Below are positions 40,077 through 57,818 of a DNA stretch of 64,000 bases, piece by piece (position 1 is the first letter of the stretch; each line of letters opens with the position of its first letter). A program made the position numbers and the translations under genes. Where the stretch lies: positions 43,360,001 through 43,424,000 of the forward strand of contig CP086569.2 of assembly GCA_009914755.4 (NCBI GenBank). Reading direction: 5' to 3'. The stretch is from the human T2T-CHM13v2.0 reference genome, Homo sapiens. The notes beneath the pieces were generated by a model. The model searched no databases, was not told where the DNA came from, and saw nothing but the letters and a program-made list of their open reading frames with translations.

Positions 40077-42171
40077 ATATTTTTTAAATGAAAAAAAATT
40101 TCAAAGGTACTCTGCTTGGTACAATAATCAAATGTATAAACTGAGGAATAAAACATAACCATGAAACCTACTTATAACTGCATATGGAAAATACAGAGGA
40201 TAATTTTTTAAATAACATATTTTGAAAGCCTTAACTAGTAATTTGAAGAGTTGGCATTTGAAAGGCCAGTATGAATATACCTTCAAAGCAGCAACACAGG
40301 TTCCCCATGAGAAAAAGCAAACTCAGGGAAAATAAAACCACAAAGGTTCAATCTCTTCTGACCTTTGAAAGACACAGCACAGACAGTGGTCCTTAGGACG
40401 AAGAGCAGGAGACCCCTAATTCCGTCACCATGGCGATAGGGCATAAACATTGCTGGGTGAGGGCACAATCCACATTGTGAGGTCCAACTGCTGCCAGGAA
40501 GACAGGAGTGCTTTTACATAGACCGAAAGGTCATTGAAGGTTCAGAGTTTTGTTTCAAGAACTGAATCCCAAGCCCACACGTTATTAGGCTGCGCTTCTT
40601 AAAACAAGTTATGAGATGGGAAAAAGGGCACCTACAAACATATGTATACATTATGTATATAATAATATACAGTATCATATATATAATATATATAACCCAT
40701 GTATAATATTGTTTTACATCCTGCATCTTATGTTATATATATTGTATAAAATATAATAATTGATAATATATAAATTTTATATTTATACAATATGACATAT
40801 AGTATATATTATAATTTATTACATATATAATATATGTTATATATCATATATAGAATATATTCTATGGTTAATATACGTATTAAATATAAATTATACATTA
40901 TATATATTATATATAATATATCTGCTATATATAATACCCATTGTGCATAATATATATATTATGTCTATGTTATATATAGTATAAAACAACATATAATAAT
41001 ATATAATTGTATATATAAAACGCGACGTATAATATATATTATATTTTATGACAGATGTAATATATATTATATATTATATATAATACGTTGTATGTATAAT
41101 ACCTATATTAAATATAAATTATATGACTATGTTATTAATTACATGTCACATATGTTATATATTATATATTTTACATAGAATATACCGGTTAAATACAATA
41201 TATACTATGTTACCTATAATGTATAATTTATTACATGTAAAATAAAGAATGCAATATATTATGTATAATTTATAATATACAATATGTGGAATGTGATATA
41301 TATAACATATAATATATGATATATGATATACAGTATATGATATATAACATACAATGTATGATACCTAATATATATGGTATACAATATATATTTTATGATA
41401 TGTATTCTATATGTTTTATATTCTGTTATATATAACTATTTGAAATTATATATAACTGTATAATATTTTATGTAAATATGTAATATAATATATAACTATA
41501 TAATATATTATATATAACTATATATTATGTTATATATACTTTTATAACATAATTTACATAAAATATCATAATATAATATATATTATATTATTTCATATTA
41601 CATAATATATATTACATATCACCCAATATAAGTAACATACATAATATTATAATATAGATTATATTATGTTATATTAAATATCATATATATCATGTATCAT
41701 ATATTCTATAATATATATGATACATTATATAATATGTATGTTGTCTATTATGTGATATATATAACTATATATAATTATATTATTATACATATTACTAGAT
41801 AAACATGTAATTCTACATATTTTCCTTTATAATATATAGAATTATATAATCATATATAATTATTTATATTCTATAAAAAATTATATCATTATATAAATTA
41901 TAATATATAAAAATTATAATATGTACTACAAATATATATATTATATATCATATATGATATAGTACCTTTGTTATATATCATAATACATATAAATGTGTAT
42001 TATGTTATCTATAATTATATAATTTCATATATAAGATGTATAATATGTATTATATATTATATATGTTATGTAATATATATAGTATATATAAGATGACACA
42101 GGATAAATATTATATACTATGACATATAAAATATATGAGGTTATATGTTACATATAAGGCATAGCACATAA

Positions 42172-42492
<321 letters not shown>

Positions 42493-44585
42493 ATATTTTT
42501 TAAATGAAAAAAAATTTCAAAGGTACTCTGCTTGGTACAATAATCAAATGTATAAACTGAGGAATAAAACATAACCATGAAACCTACTTATAACTGCATA
42601 TGGAAAATACAGAGGATAATTTTTTAAATAACATATTTTGAAAGCCTTAACTAGTAATTTGAAGAGTTGGCATTTGAAAGGCCAGTATGAATACACCTTC
42701 AAAGCAGCAACACAGGTTCCCCATGAGAAAAAGCAAACTCAGGGAAAATAAAACCACAAAGGTTCAATCTCTTCTGACCTTTGAAAGACACAGCACAGAC
42801 AGTGGTCCTTAGGACGAAGAGCAGGAGACCCCTAATTCCGTCACCATGGCGATAGGGCATAAACATTGCTGGGTGAGGGCACAATCCACATTGTGAGGTC
42901 CAACTGCTGCCAGGAAGACAGGAGTGCTTTTACATAGACCGAAAGGTCATTGAAGGCTCAGAGTTTTGTTTCAAGAACTGAATCCCAAGCCCACACGTTA
43001 TTAGGCTGCGCTTCTTAAAACAAGTTATGAGATGGGAAAAAGGGCACCTACAAACATACGTATACATTATGTATATAATAATATACAGTATCATATATAT
43101 AATATATATAACCTATGTATAATATTGTTTTACATCCTGCATCTTATATTATATATATTGTATAAAATATAATAATTGATAATATATAAATTTTATATTT
43201 ATACAATATGACATATAGTATATATTATAATTTATTACATATATAATATATGTTATATATCATATATAGAATATATTATACGGTTAATATACGTATTAAA
43301 TATAAATTATACATTATATATATTATATATAATATATCTGCTATATATAATACCCATTGTGCATAATATATATATTATGTCTATGTTATATAATATAAAA
43401 CAACATATAATAATATATAATTGTATATATAAAACGCGACATATAATATATATTATATTTTATGACATATGTAATATATATTATATATTATATATAATAC
43501 GTTGTATGTATAATACCTATATTAAATATAAATTATATGACTATGTTATTAATTACATGTCACATATGTTATATATTATATATTTTACATAGAATATACC
43601 GGTTACATACAATATATACTATGTTACCTATAATGTATAATTTATTACATGTAAAATAAAGAATGCAATATATTATGTATAATTTATAATATACAATATG
43701 TGGAATGTGATATATATAACATATAATATATGATATATGATATACAGTATATGATATATAATATACAATATATGATACCTAATATATATGGTATACAATA
43801 TATATTTTATGATATGTATTCTATATGTTTTATATTCTGATATATATAACTATTTGAAATTATATATAACTGTATAATATTTTATGTAAATATGTAATAT
43901 AATATATAACTATATAATATATTATATATAACTATATATAATGTTATATATACTTTTATAACATAATTTACATAAAATATCATAATATAATATATATTAT
44001 ATTATTTCATATTACATAATATATATTACATATCACCCAATATAAGTAACATACATAATATTATAATATAGATTATATTATGTTATATTAAATATCATAT
44101 ATATCATGTATCATATATTCTATAATATATATGATACATTATATAATATGTATGCTGTCTATTATGTGATATATATAACTATATATAATTATATTATTAT
44201 ACATATTACTAGATAAACATGTAATTCTACATATTTTCATTTATAATATATAGAATTATATAATCATATATAATTATTTATATTCTATAAAAAATTATAT
44301 CATTATATAAATTATAATATATAAAAATTATAATATGTACTACAAATATATATATTATATATCATATATGATATAGTACCTTTGTTATATATCATAATAC
44401 ATATAAATGTGTATTATGTTATCTATAATTATATAATTTCATATATAAGATGTATAATATGTATTATATATTATATATGTTATGTAATATATATAGTATA
44501 TATAAGATGACACAGGATAAATATTATATACTATGACATATAAAATATATGAGGTTATATGTTACATATAAGGCATAGCACATAA

Positions 44586-44906
<321 letters not shown>

Positions 44907-45763
44907 ATATTTTTTAAATGAAAAAAAATTTCAAAGGTACTCTGCTTGGTACAATAATCAAATGTATAAACTGAGGAATAAAACATAACCATGAAACCTA
45001 CTTATAACTGCATATGGAAAATACAGAGGATAATTTTTTAAATCACATATTTTGAAAGCCTTAACTAGTAATTTGAAGAGTTGGCATTTGAAAGGCCAGT
45101 ATGAATATACCTTCAAAGCAGCAACACAGGTTCCCCATGAGAAAAAGCAAACTCAGGGAAAATAAAACCACAAAGGTTCAATCTCTTCTGACCTTTGAAA
45201 GACACAGCACAGACAGTGGTCCTTAGGACGAAGAGCAGGAGACCCCTAATTCCGTCACCATGGCGATAGCGCATAAACATTGCTGGGTGAGGGCACAATC
45301 CACATTGTGAGGTCCAACTGCTGCCAGGAAGACAGGAGTGCTTTTACATAGACCGAAAGGTCATTGAAGGCTCAGAGTTTTGTTTCAAGAACTGAATCCC
45401 AAGCCCACACGTTATTAGGCTGCGCTTCTTAAAACAAGTTATGAGATGGGAAAAAGGGCACCCACAAACATACGTATACATTATGTATATAATAATATAC
45501 AGTATCATATATATAATATATATAACCTATGTATAATATTGTTTTACATCCTGCATCTTATATTATATATATTGTATAAAATATAATAATTGATAAAATA
45601 TAAGTTTTATATTTATACAATATGACATATAGTATATATTATAATTTATGACATATATAATATATGTTATATATCATATATAGAATATATTATACGGTTA
45701 ATATACGTATTAAATATAAATTATACATTATATATATTATATAAAATATATCTGTTATATATA

Positions 45764-46576
45764 ATACCCATTATGCATAATATATATATTATGTCTATGT
45801 TATATATACTATAAAACAACATATAATAATATATAACTGTATATATAAAATGCGACATATAATATATATTATATTTTATGACATATGTAATATATATTAT
45901 ATATTATATATAATACGTTGTATGTATAATACCTATATTAAATATATATTATATGACTATGTTATTAATTACATGTCACATATGTTATATATTATATATT
46001 TTACATAGAATATACCGGTTACATACAATATATACTATGTTACCTATAATGTATAATTGATTACATGTAAAATAAAGAATGCAATATATTATGTATAATT
46101 TATAATATACAATATGTGGAATGTGATATATATAACATATAATATATGATATATGATATACAGTATATGATATATAACATACAATATATGATACCTGATA
46201 TATATGGTATACAATATATATTTTATGATATGTATTCTCTATGTTTTATATTCTGTTATATATAACTATTTGAAATTATATATAACTGTATAATATTTTA
46301 TGTAAATATGTAATATAATATATATAACTATATAATATTTTATATATAACTATATATTATGTTATATATACTTTTATAACATAATTTACATAAAATATCA
46401 TAATATAATATATATTATATTATTTCATATTACATAATATACATTCCATATGACCCAATATAAGTAACATACATAATATTATAATATAGATTATATTATG
46501 TTATATTAAATTTCATATATATCATGTATCATATATTCCATTATATATTATACATTATATAATATGTATGTTGTCT
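45764..46576. repeat. First copy of an ~813 bp intra-unit segment duplicated out of register (upstream-family sequence)
   Basis: 'atacccattatgcataatatatatattatgtctatg...' through '...atgtatgttgtcta' carries upstream-type variants ('ttatgacatatg', 'aatacgttgtatg', 'tatatgactatg', 'catatgttat', 'ataccggttac'). Confidence 0.8.
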
Positions 46577-47392
46577 AATACCCATTATGCATAATATATA
46601 TATTATGTCTATGTTATATATAGTATAAAACAACATATAATAATATATAATTGTATATATAAAATGCGACATATAATATATATTATATTTTATAACATAT
46701 GTAATATATATTATATATTATATATAATATGTTGTATGTATAATACCTATATTAAATATATATTATTTGACTATGTTATTAATTACATGTCACATGTGTT
46801 ATATATTGTATATTTTACATAGAATATATCAGTTACATACAATATATACTATGTTACCAATAATGTATAATTTATTACATGTAAAATAAAGAATGCAATA
46901 TATTATGTATAATTTATAATATACCATATGTGGAATGGATATATATAACATATAATATATGATATATGATATACAGTATATGATATATAACATACAATAT
47001 ATGATTCCTAATATATATGGTATACAATATATATTTTATGATATGTATTCTATATGTTTTATATTCTGTTATATATAACTATTTGAAATTATATATAACT
47101 GTATAATATTTTATGTAAATATGTAATATAATATATATAACTATATAATATATTATATATAGCTATATATTATGTTATATATACTTTCATAACATAATTT
47201 ACATAAAATATCATAATATAATATATATTATATTATTTCATATTACATAATATATATTACATATCACCCAATATAACTAACATACATAATATTATAATAT
47301 AGATTATATTATGTTATATTAAATATCATATAAATCATGTATCATATATTCTATAATATATATTACACATTATATAATATGTATGTTGTCTA
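46577..47392. repeat. Second copy of the duplicated intra-unit segment (downstream-family sequence). Junction at about 46576/46577 with 'ta' microhomology.
   Basis: At 46571 'ttgtcta|atacccattatgc' joins a point about 813 bp later in the unit back to an earlier point. The second copy carries 'ttataacatatg', 'aatatgttgtatg', 'tatttgactatg', 'catgtgttat', 'atattgtatatttt', 'atatcagttac', 'ccatatgtggaatggatatat', 'actttcataac', 'catataaatcatg'. These match the unit at 56.26-57.5k (offset about 9683 bp = 4 units). This produces the single 3233 bp unit between Alu copies 19 and 20. Confidence 0.8.
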
Positions 47393-47818
47393 TTATGTGA
47401 TATATATAACTATATGTATAATTATATTTTTATACATATAACTAGATAAACATGTAATTCTACATATTTTCATTTATAATATGTAGAATTATATAATCAT
47501 ATATAATTATTTATATTCTATAAAAAATTTTATCATTACATAAATTATAATATATAAAAATTATAATATGTACTACAAATATATATATTATATATCATAT
47601 ATGATATAGTACCTTTGTTATATATCATAATACATATAAATGTGTATTATGTTATCTATAATTATATAATTTCATATATAAGATGTATAATATGTATCAT
47701 ATATTATATATGTTATGTAATATATATAGTATATATAAGATGACACAGGATAAATATTACATACTATGACATATAAAATATATCAGGTTATATGTTACAT
47801 ATAAGGCATAGCACATAA

Positions 47819-48139
<321 letters not shown>

Positions 48140-50238
48140 ATATTTTTTAAATGAAAAAAAATTTCAAAGGTACTCTGCTTGGTACAATAATCAAATGTAT
48201 AAACTGAGGAATAAAACATAACCATGAAACCTACTTATAACTGCATATGGAAAATACAGAGGATAATTTTTTAAATAACATATTTTGAAAGCCTTAACTA
48301 GTAATTTGAAGAGCTGGCATTTGAAAGGCCAGTATGAATATACATTCAAATCAGCAACACAGGTTCCCCATGAGAAAAAGCAAACACAGGGAAAATAAAA
48401 ACACAAAGGTTCAATCTCTTCTGACCTTTGAAAGACACAGCACAGACAGTGGTCCTTAGGACGAAGAGCAGGAGACCCCTAATTCCGTCACCATGGCGAT
48501 AGGGCATAAACATTGCTGGGTGAGGGCACAATCCACATTGTGAGGTCCAACTGCTGCCAGGAAGACAGGAGTGCTTTTACATAGACCGAAAGGTCATTGA
48601 AGGCTCAGAGTTTTGTTTCAAGAACTGAATCCCAAGCCCACACGTTATTAGGCTGCGCTTCTTAAAACAAGTTATGAGATGGGAAAAAGGGCACCCACAA
48701 ACATACGTATACATTATGTATATAATAATATACAGTGTCATATATTTAATATATATAACCTATGTATAATATTGTTTTACATCCTGCATCTTATGTTATA
48801 TATATTGTATAAAATATAATAATTGATAATATATAAGTTTTATAATTATACAATATGACATATAGTATATATTATAATTTATGACATATATAATATATGT
48901 TATATGTCATATATAGAATATATTATACGGTTAATATACGTATTAAATATAAATTACACATTATATATATTATATATAATATATCTGTTATATATAATAC
49001 CCATTATGCATAATATATATATTATGTCTATGTTATATATAGTATAAAACAACATATAATAATATATAATTGTATATATAAAATGCGACATATAATATAT
49101 ATTATATTTTATAACATATGTAATATATATTATATATTATATATAATACGTTGTATGTATAATACCTATATTAAATATATATTATATGACTATGTTATTA
49201 ATTACATGTCACATGTGTTATATATTATATATTTTACATAGAATATACCGGTTACATACAATATATACTATGTTACCTATAATGTATAATTTATTACATG
49301 TAAAATAAAGAATGCAATATATTATGTATAATTTATAATATACCATATGTGGAATGTGATATATATAACATATAATATATGATATATGATATACAGTATA
49401 TGATATATAACATACAATATATGATTCCTAATATATATTGTATACAATATATATTTTATGATATGTATTCTATATGTTTTATATTCTGTTATATATAACT
49501 ATTTGAAATTATATATAACTGTATACTATTTTATGTAAATATGTAATATAATATATATAACTATATAATATATTACATATAACTATATATTATGTTATAT
49601 ATACTTTTATAACATAATTTACATAAAATATCATAATGTAATATATATTATATTATTTCATATTACATAATATATATTACATATCACCCAATATAACTAA
49701 CATACATAATATTATAATATAGATTATATTGTGTTATATTAAATATCATATATATCATGTATCATATATTCTATAATATATATTACACATTATATAATAT
49801 GTATGTTGTCTATTATGTGATATATATAACTATATATATAATTATATTTTTATACATATAACTAGATAAACATGTAATTCTACATATTTTCATTTATAAT
49901 ATGTAGAATTATATAATCATATATAATTATTTATATTCTATAAAAAATTTTATCATTACATAAATTATAATATATAAAAATTATAATATGTACTACAAAT
50001 ATATATATTATATATCATATATGATATAGTACCTTTGTTATATATCATAATACATATAAATGTGTATTATGTTATCTATAATTATATAATTTCATATATA
50101 AGATGTATAATATGTATCATATATTATATATGTTATGTAATATATATAGTATATATAAGATGACACAGGATAAATATTACATACTATGACATATAAAATA
50201 TATCAGGTTATATGTTACATATAAGGCATAGCACATAA

Positions 50239-50559
<321 letters not shown>

Positions 50560-52658
50560 ATATTTTTTAAATGAAAAAAAATTTCAAAGGTACTCTGCTT
50601 GGTACAATAATCAAATGTATAAACTGAGGAATAAAACATAACCATGAAACCTACTTATAACTGCATATGGAAAATACAGAGGATAATTTTTTAAATAACA
50701 TATTTTGAAAGCCTTAACTAGTAATTTGAAGAGCTGGCATTTGAAAGGCCAGTATGAATATACATTCAAATCAGCAACACAGGTTCCCCATGAGAAAAAG
50801 CAAACACAGGGAAAATAAAAACACAAAGGTTCAATCTCTTCTGACCTTTGAAAGACACAGCACAGACAGTGGTCCTTAGGACGAAGAGCAGGAGACCCCT
50901 AATTCCGTCACCATGGCGATAGGGCATAAACATTGCTGGGTGAGGGCACAATCCACATTGTGAGGTCCAACTGCTGCCAGGAAGACAGGAGTGCTTTTAC
51001 ATAGACCGAAAGGTCATTGAAGGCTCAGAGTTTTGTTTCAAGAACTGAATCCCAAGCCCACACGTTATTAGGCTGCGCTTCTTAAAACAAGTTATGAGAT
51101 GGGAAAAAGGGCACCCACAAACATACGTATACATTATGTATATAATAATATACAGTGTCATATATTTAATATATATAACCTATGTATAATATTGTTTTAC
51201 ATCCTGCATCTTATGTTATATATATTGTATAAAATATAATAATTGATAATATATAAGTTTTATAATTATACAATATGACATATAGTATATATTATAATTT
51301 ATGACATATATAATATATGTTATATGTCATATATAGAATATATTATACGGTTAATATACGTATTAAATATAAATTACACATTATATATATTATATATAAT
51401 ATATCTGTTATATATAATACCCATTATGCATAATATATATATTATGTCTATGTTATATATAGTATAAAACAACATATAATAATATATAATTGTATATATA
51501 AAATGCGACATATAATATATATTATATTTTATAACATATGTAATATATATTATATATTATATATAATACGTTGTATGTATAATACCTATATTAAATATAT
51601 ATTATATGACTATGTTATTAATTACATGTCACATGTGTTATATATTATATATTTTACATAGAATATACCGGTTACATACAATATATACTATGTTACCTAT
51701 AATGTATAATTTATTACATGTAAAATAAAGAATGCAATATATTATGTATAATTTATAATATACCATATGTGGAATGTGATATATATAACATATAATATAT
51801 GATATATGATATACAGTATATGATATATAACATACAATATATGATTCCTAATATATATTGTATACAATATATATTTTATGATATGTATTCTATATGTTTT
51901 ATATTCTGTTATATATAACTATTTGAAATTATATATAACTGTATAATATTTTATGTAAATATGTAATATAATATATATAACTATATAATATATTACATAT
52001 AACTATATATTATGTTATATATACTTTTATAACATAATTTACATAAAATATCATAATGTAATATATATTATATTATTTCATATTACATAATATATATTAC
52101 ATATCACCCAATATAACTAACATACATAATATTATAATATAGATTATATTGTGTTATATTAAATATCATATATATCATGTATCATATATTCTATAATATA
52201 TATTACACATTATATAATATGTATGTTGTCTATTATGTGATATATATAACTATATATATAATTATATTTTTATACATATAACTAGATAAACATGTAATTC
52301 TACATATTTTCATTTATAATATGTAGAATTATATAATCATATATAATTATTTATATTCTATAAAAAATTTTATCATTATATAAATTATAATATATAAAAA
52401 TTATAATATGTACTACAAATATATATATTATATATCATATATGATATAGTACCTTTGTTATATATCATAATACATATAAATGTGTATTATGTTATCTATA
52501 ATTATATAATTTCATATATAAGATGTATAATATGTATCATATATTATATATGTTATGTAATATATATAGTATATATAAGATGACACAGGATAAATATTAT
52601 ATACTATGACATATAAAATATATCAGGTTATATGTTACATATAAGGCATAGCACATAA

Positions 52659-52979
<321 letters not shown>

Positions 52980-55101
52980 ATATTTTTTAAATGAAAAAAA
53001 ATTTCAAAGGTACTCTGCTTGGTACAATAATCAAATGTATAAACTGAGGAATAAAACATAACCATGAAACCTACTTATAACTGCATATGGAAAATACAGA
53101 GGATAATTTTTTAAATAACATATTTTGAAAGCCTTAACTAGCAATTTGAAGAGTTGGCATTTGAAAGGCCAGTATGAATATACCTTCAAATCAGCAACAC
53201 AGGTTCCCCATGAGAAAAAGCAAACACAGGGAAAATAAAAACACAAAGGTTCAATCTCTTTTGACCTTTGAAAGACACAGCACAGACAGTGGTCCTTAGG
53301 ACGAAGAGCAGGAGACCCCTAATTCCGTCACCATGGCGATAGGGCATAAACATTGCTGGGTGAGGGCACAATCCACATTGTGAGGTCCAACTGCTGCCAG
53401 GAAGACAGGAGTGCTTTTACATAGACCGAAAGGTCATTGAAGGCTCAGAGTTTTGTTTCAAGAACTGAATCCCAAGCCCACACGTTATTAGGCTGCGCTT
53501 CTTAAAACAAGTTATGAGATGGGAAAAAGGGCACCCACAAACATACGTATACATTATGTATATAATAATATACAGTATCATATATATAATATATATAACC
53601 TATGTATAATATTGTTTTACATCCTGCATCTTATGTTATATATATTGTATAAAATATAATAATTGATAATATATAAGATTTATAATTATACAATATGACA
53701 TATAGTATATATTATAATTTATGACATATATAATATATGTTATATATCATATGTAGAATATATTATACGGTTAATATACGTATTAAATATAAATTATACA
53801 TTATATATATTATATATAATATATCTGTTATATATAATACACATTATGCATAATATATATATTATGTCTATGTTATATATAGTATAAAACAACATATAAT
53901 AATGTATAATTGTATATATAAAATGCGACATATAATATATATTATATTTTATAACATATGTAATATATACTATATATTATATATAATACGTTGTATGTAT
54001 AATACCTATATTAAATATATATTATATGACTATGTTATTAATTACATGTCACATGTGTTATATATTATACATTTTACATAGAATATACCGGTTACATACA
54101 ATATATACTATGTTACCTATAATGTGTAATTTATTACATGTAAAATAAAGAATGCAATATATTATGTATAATTTATAATATACAATATGTGGAATGTGAT
54201 ATAGATAACATATAATATATGATATATGATATACAGTATATGATATATAACATACAATATATGATTCCTAATATATATGGTATACAATATATATTTTATG
54301 ATATGTATTCTATATGTTTTATATTCTGTTATATATAACTATTTGAAATTATATATAACTGTATAATATTTTATGTAAATATGTAATATAATATATATAA
54401 CTATATAATATATTATAGATAACTATATATTATGTTATATATACTTTTATAACATAATTTACATAAAATATCATAATATAATATATATTATATTATTTCA
54501 TATTACATAATATATATTACATATCACCCAATATAACTAACATACATAATATTATAATATAGATTATATTGTGTTATATTATATATCATATATATCATGT
54601 ATCATATATTCTATAATATATATTACACATTATATAATATGTATGTTGTCTATTATGTGATATATATAACTATATATATAATTATATTTTTATACATATA
54701 ACTAGATAAACATGTAATTCTACATATTTTCATTTATAATATGTAGAATTATATAATCATATATAATTATTTATATTCTATAAAAAATTTTATCATTATA
54801 TAAATTATAATATATAAAAATTATAATATGTACTACAAATATATATATTATATATCATATATGATATAGTACCTTTGTTATATATCATAATACATATAAA
54901 TGTGTATTATGTTATCTATAATTATATAATTTCATATATAAGATGTACAATATGTATCATATATTATATATGTTATGTAATATATATAGTATATATAAGA
55001 TGACACAGGATAAATATTATATACTATGACATATAAAATATATCAGGTTATATGTTACATATAAGGCATAGCACATAACATGTAATATGTATCATATATA
55101 A

Positions 55102-55399
55102 TTTTTTTTTAGACAGAATCTTGTCCTGTTGCACAGGGTGGGGTACAATGGCGCCATCTTTGCTCACTGCAACTTCTGCCTCATGGGTCCAAGCGATTGT
55201 CCTCCCTCAGCCTCCCAGGTAGCTGGGACTACACCACACTGGGACTACACCAGCTGCCACCATGCCTAGCTAATTTTTTGTATTTTTAGTAGTGACAGCG
55301 TTTCACTGTATTGGCCAGGATGGTCTTGATCTCTTCACCTTGTGATCCCCTTGCCTTGGCCTCCAAATTTGCTGGGATTACAGGCCTGAGCCAAGATCC
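55102..55399 (-). mobile_element. Alu SINE, copy 23 (domain-II variants plus 'ctcatgggtcc' and 'ttttgtatttttag')
   Basis: Same Alu sequence at the unit period. Confidence 0.92.
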
Positions 55400-57497
55400 A
55401 TATTTTTTAAATGAAAAAAAATTTCAAAGGTACTCTGCTTGGTACAATAATCAAATGTATAAACTGAGGAATAAAACATAACCATGAAACCTACTTATAA
55501 CTGCATATGGAAAATACAGAGGATAATTTTTTAAATAACATATTTTGAAAGCCTTAACTAGTAATTTGAAGAGTTGGCATTTGAAAGGCCAGTATGAATA
55601 TACCTTCAAAGCAGCAACACAGGTTCCCCATGAGAAAAAGCAAACACAGGGAAAATAAAAACACAAAGGTTCAATCTCTTCTGACCTTTGAAAGACACAG
55701 CACAGACAGTGGTCCTTAGGACGAAGAGCAGGAGACCCCTAATTCCGTCACCATGGCGATAGGGCATAAACATTGCTGGGTGAGGGCACAATCCACATTG
55801 TGAGGTCCAACTGCTGCCAGGAAGACAGGAGTGCTTTTACATAGACCGAAAGGTCATTGAAGGCTCAGAGTTTTGTTTCAAGAACTGAATCCCAAGCCCA
55901 CACGTTATTAGGCTGCGCTTCTTAAAACAAGTTATGAGATGGGAAAAAGGGCACCCACAAACATACGTATACATTATGTATATAATAATATACAGTATCA
56001 TATATATACTATATATAACCTATGTATAATATTGTTTTACATCCTGCATCTTATGTTATATATATTGTATAAAATATAATAATTGATAATATATAAGTTT
56101 TATAAATATACAATATGACATATAGTATATATTATAATTTATGACATATATAATATATGTTATATGTCATATATAGAATATATTATACGGTTAATATACG
56201 TATTAAATATAAATTATACATTATATATATTATATATAATATATCTGTTATATATAATACCCATTATGCATAATATATATATTATGTCTATGTTATATAT
56301 AGTATAAAACAACATATAATAATATATAATTGTATATATAAAATGCGACATATAATATATATTATATTTTATAACATATGTAATATATATTATATATTAT
56401 ATATAATATGTTGTATGTATAATACCTATATTAAATATATATTATTTGACTATGTTATTAATTACATGTCACATGTGTTATATATTGTATATTTTACATA
56501 GAATATATCGGTTACATACAATATATACTATGTTACCTATAATGTATAATTTATTACATGTAAAATAAAGAATGCAATATATTATGTATAATTTATAATA
56601 TACCATATGTGGAATGGATATATATAACATATAATATATGATATATGATATACAGTATATGATATATAACATACAATATATGATTCCTAATATATATGGT
56701 ATACAATATATATTTTATGATATGTATTCTATATGTTTTATATTCTGTTATATATAACTATTTGAAATTATATATAACTGTATAATATTTTATGTAAATA
56801 TGTAATATAATATATATAACTATATAATATATTATATATAACTATATATTATGTTATATATACTTTCATAACATAATTTACATAAAATATCATAATATAA
56901 TATATATTATATTATTTCATATTACATAATATATATTACATATCACCCAATATAACTAACATACATAATATTATAATATAGATTATATTATGTTATATTA
57001 AATATCATATAAATCATGTATCATATATTCTATAATATATATTACACATTATATAATATGTATGTTGTCTATTATGTGATATATATAACTATATATATAA
57101 TTATATTTTTATACATATAACTAGATAAACATGTAATTCTACATATTTTCATTTATAATATGTAGAATTATATAATCATATATAATTATTTATATTCTAT
57201 AAAAAATTTTATCATTACATAAATTATAATATATAAAAATTATAATATGTACTACAAATATATATATTATATATCATATATGATATAGTACCTTTGTTAT
57301 ATATCATAATACATATAAATGTGTATTATGTTATCTATAATTATATAATTTCATATATAAGATGTATAATATGTATCATATATTATATATGTTATGTAAT
57401 ATATATAGTATATATAAGATGACACAGGATAAATATTATATACTATGACATATAAAATATATGAGGTTATATGTTACATATAAGGCATAGCACATAA

Positions 57498-57818
<321 letters not shown>

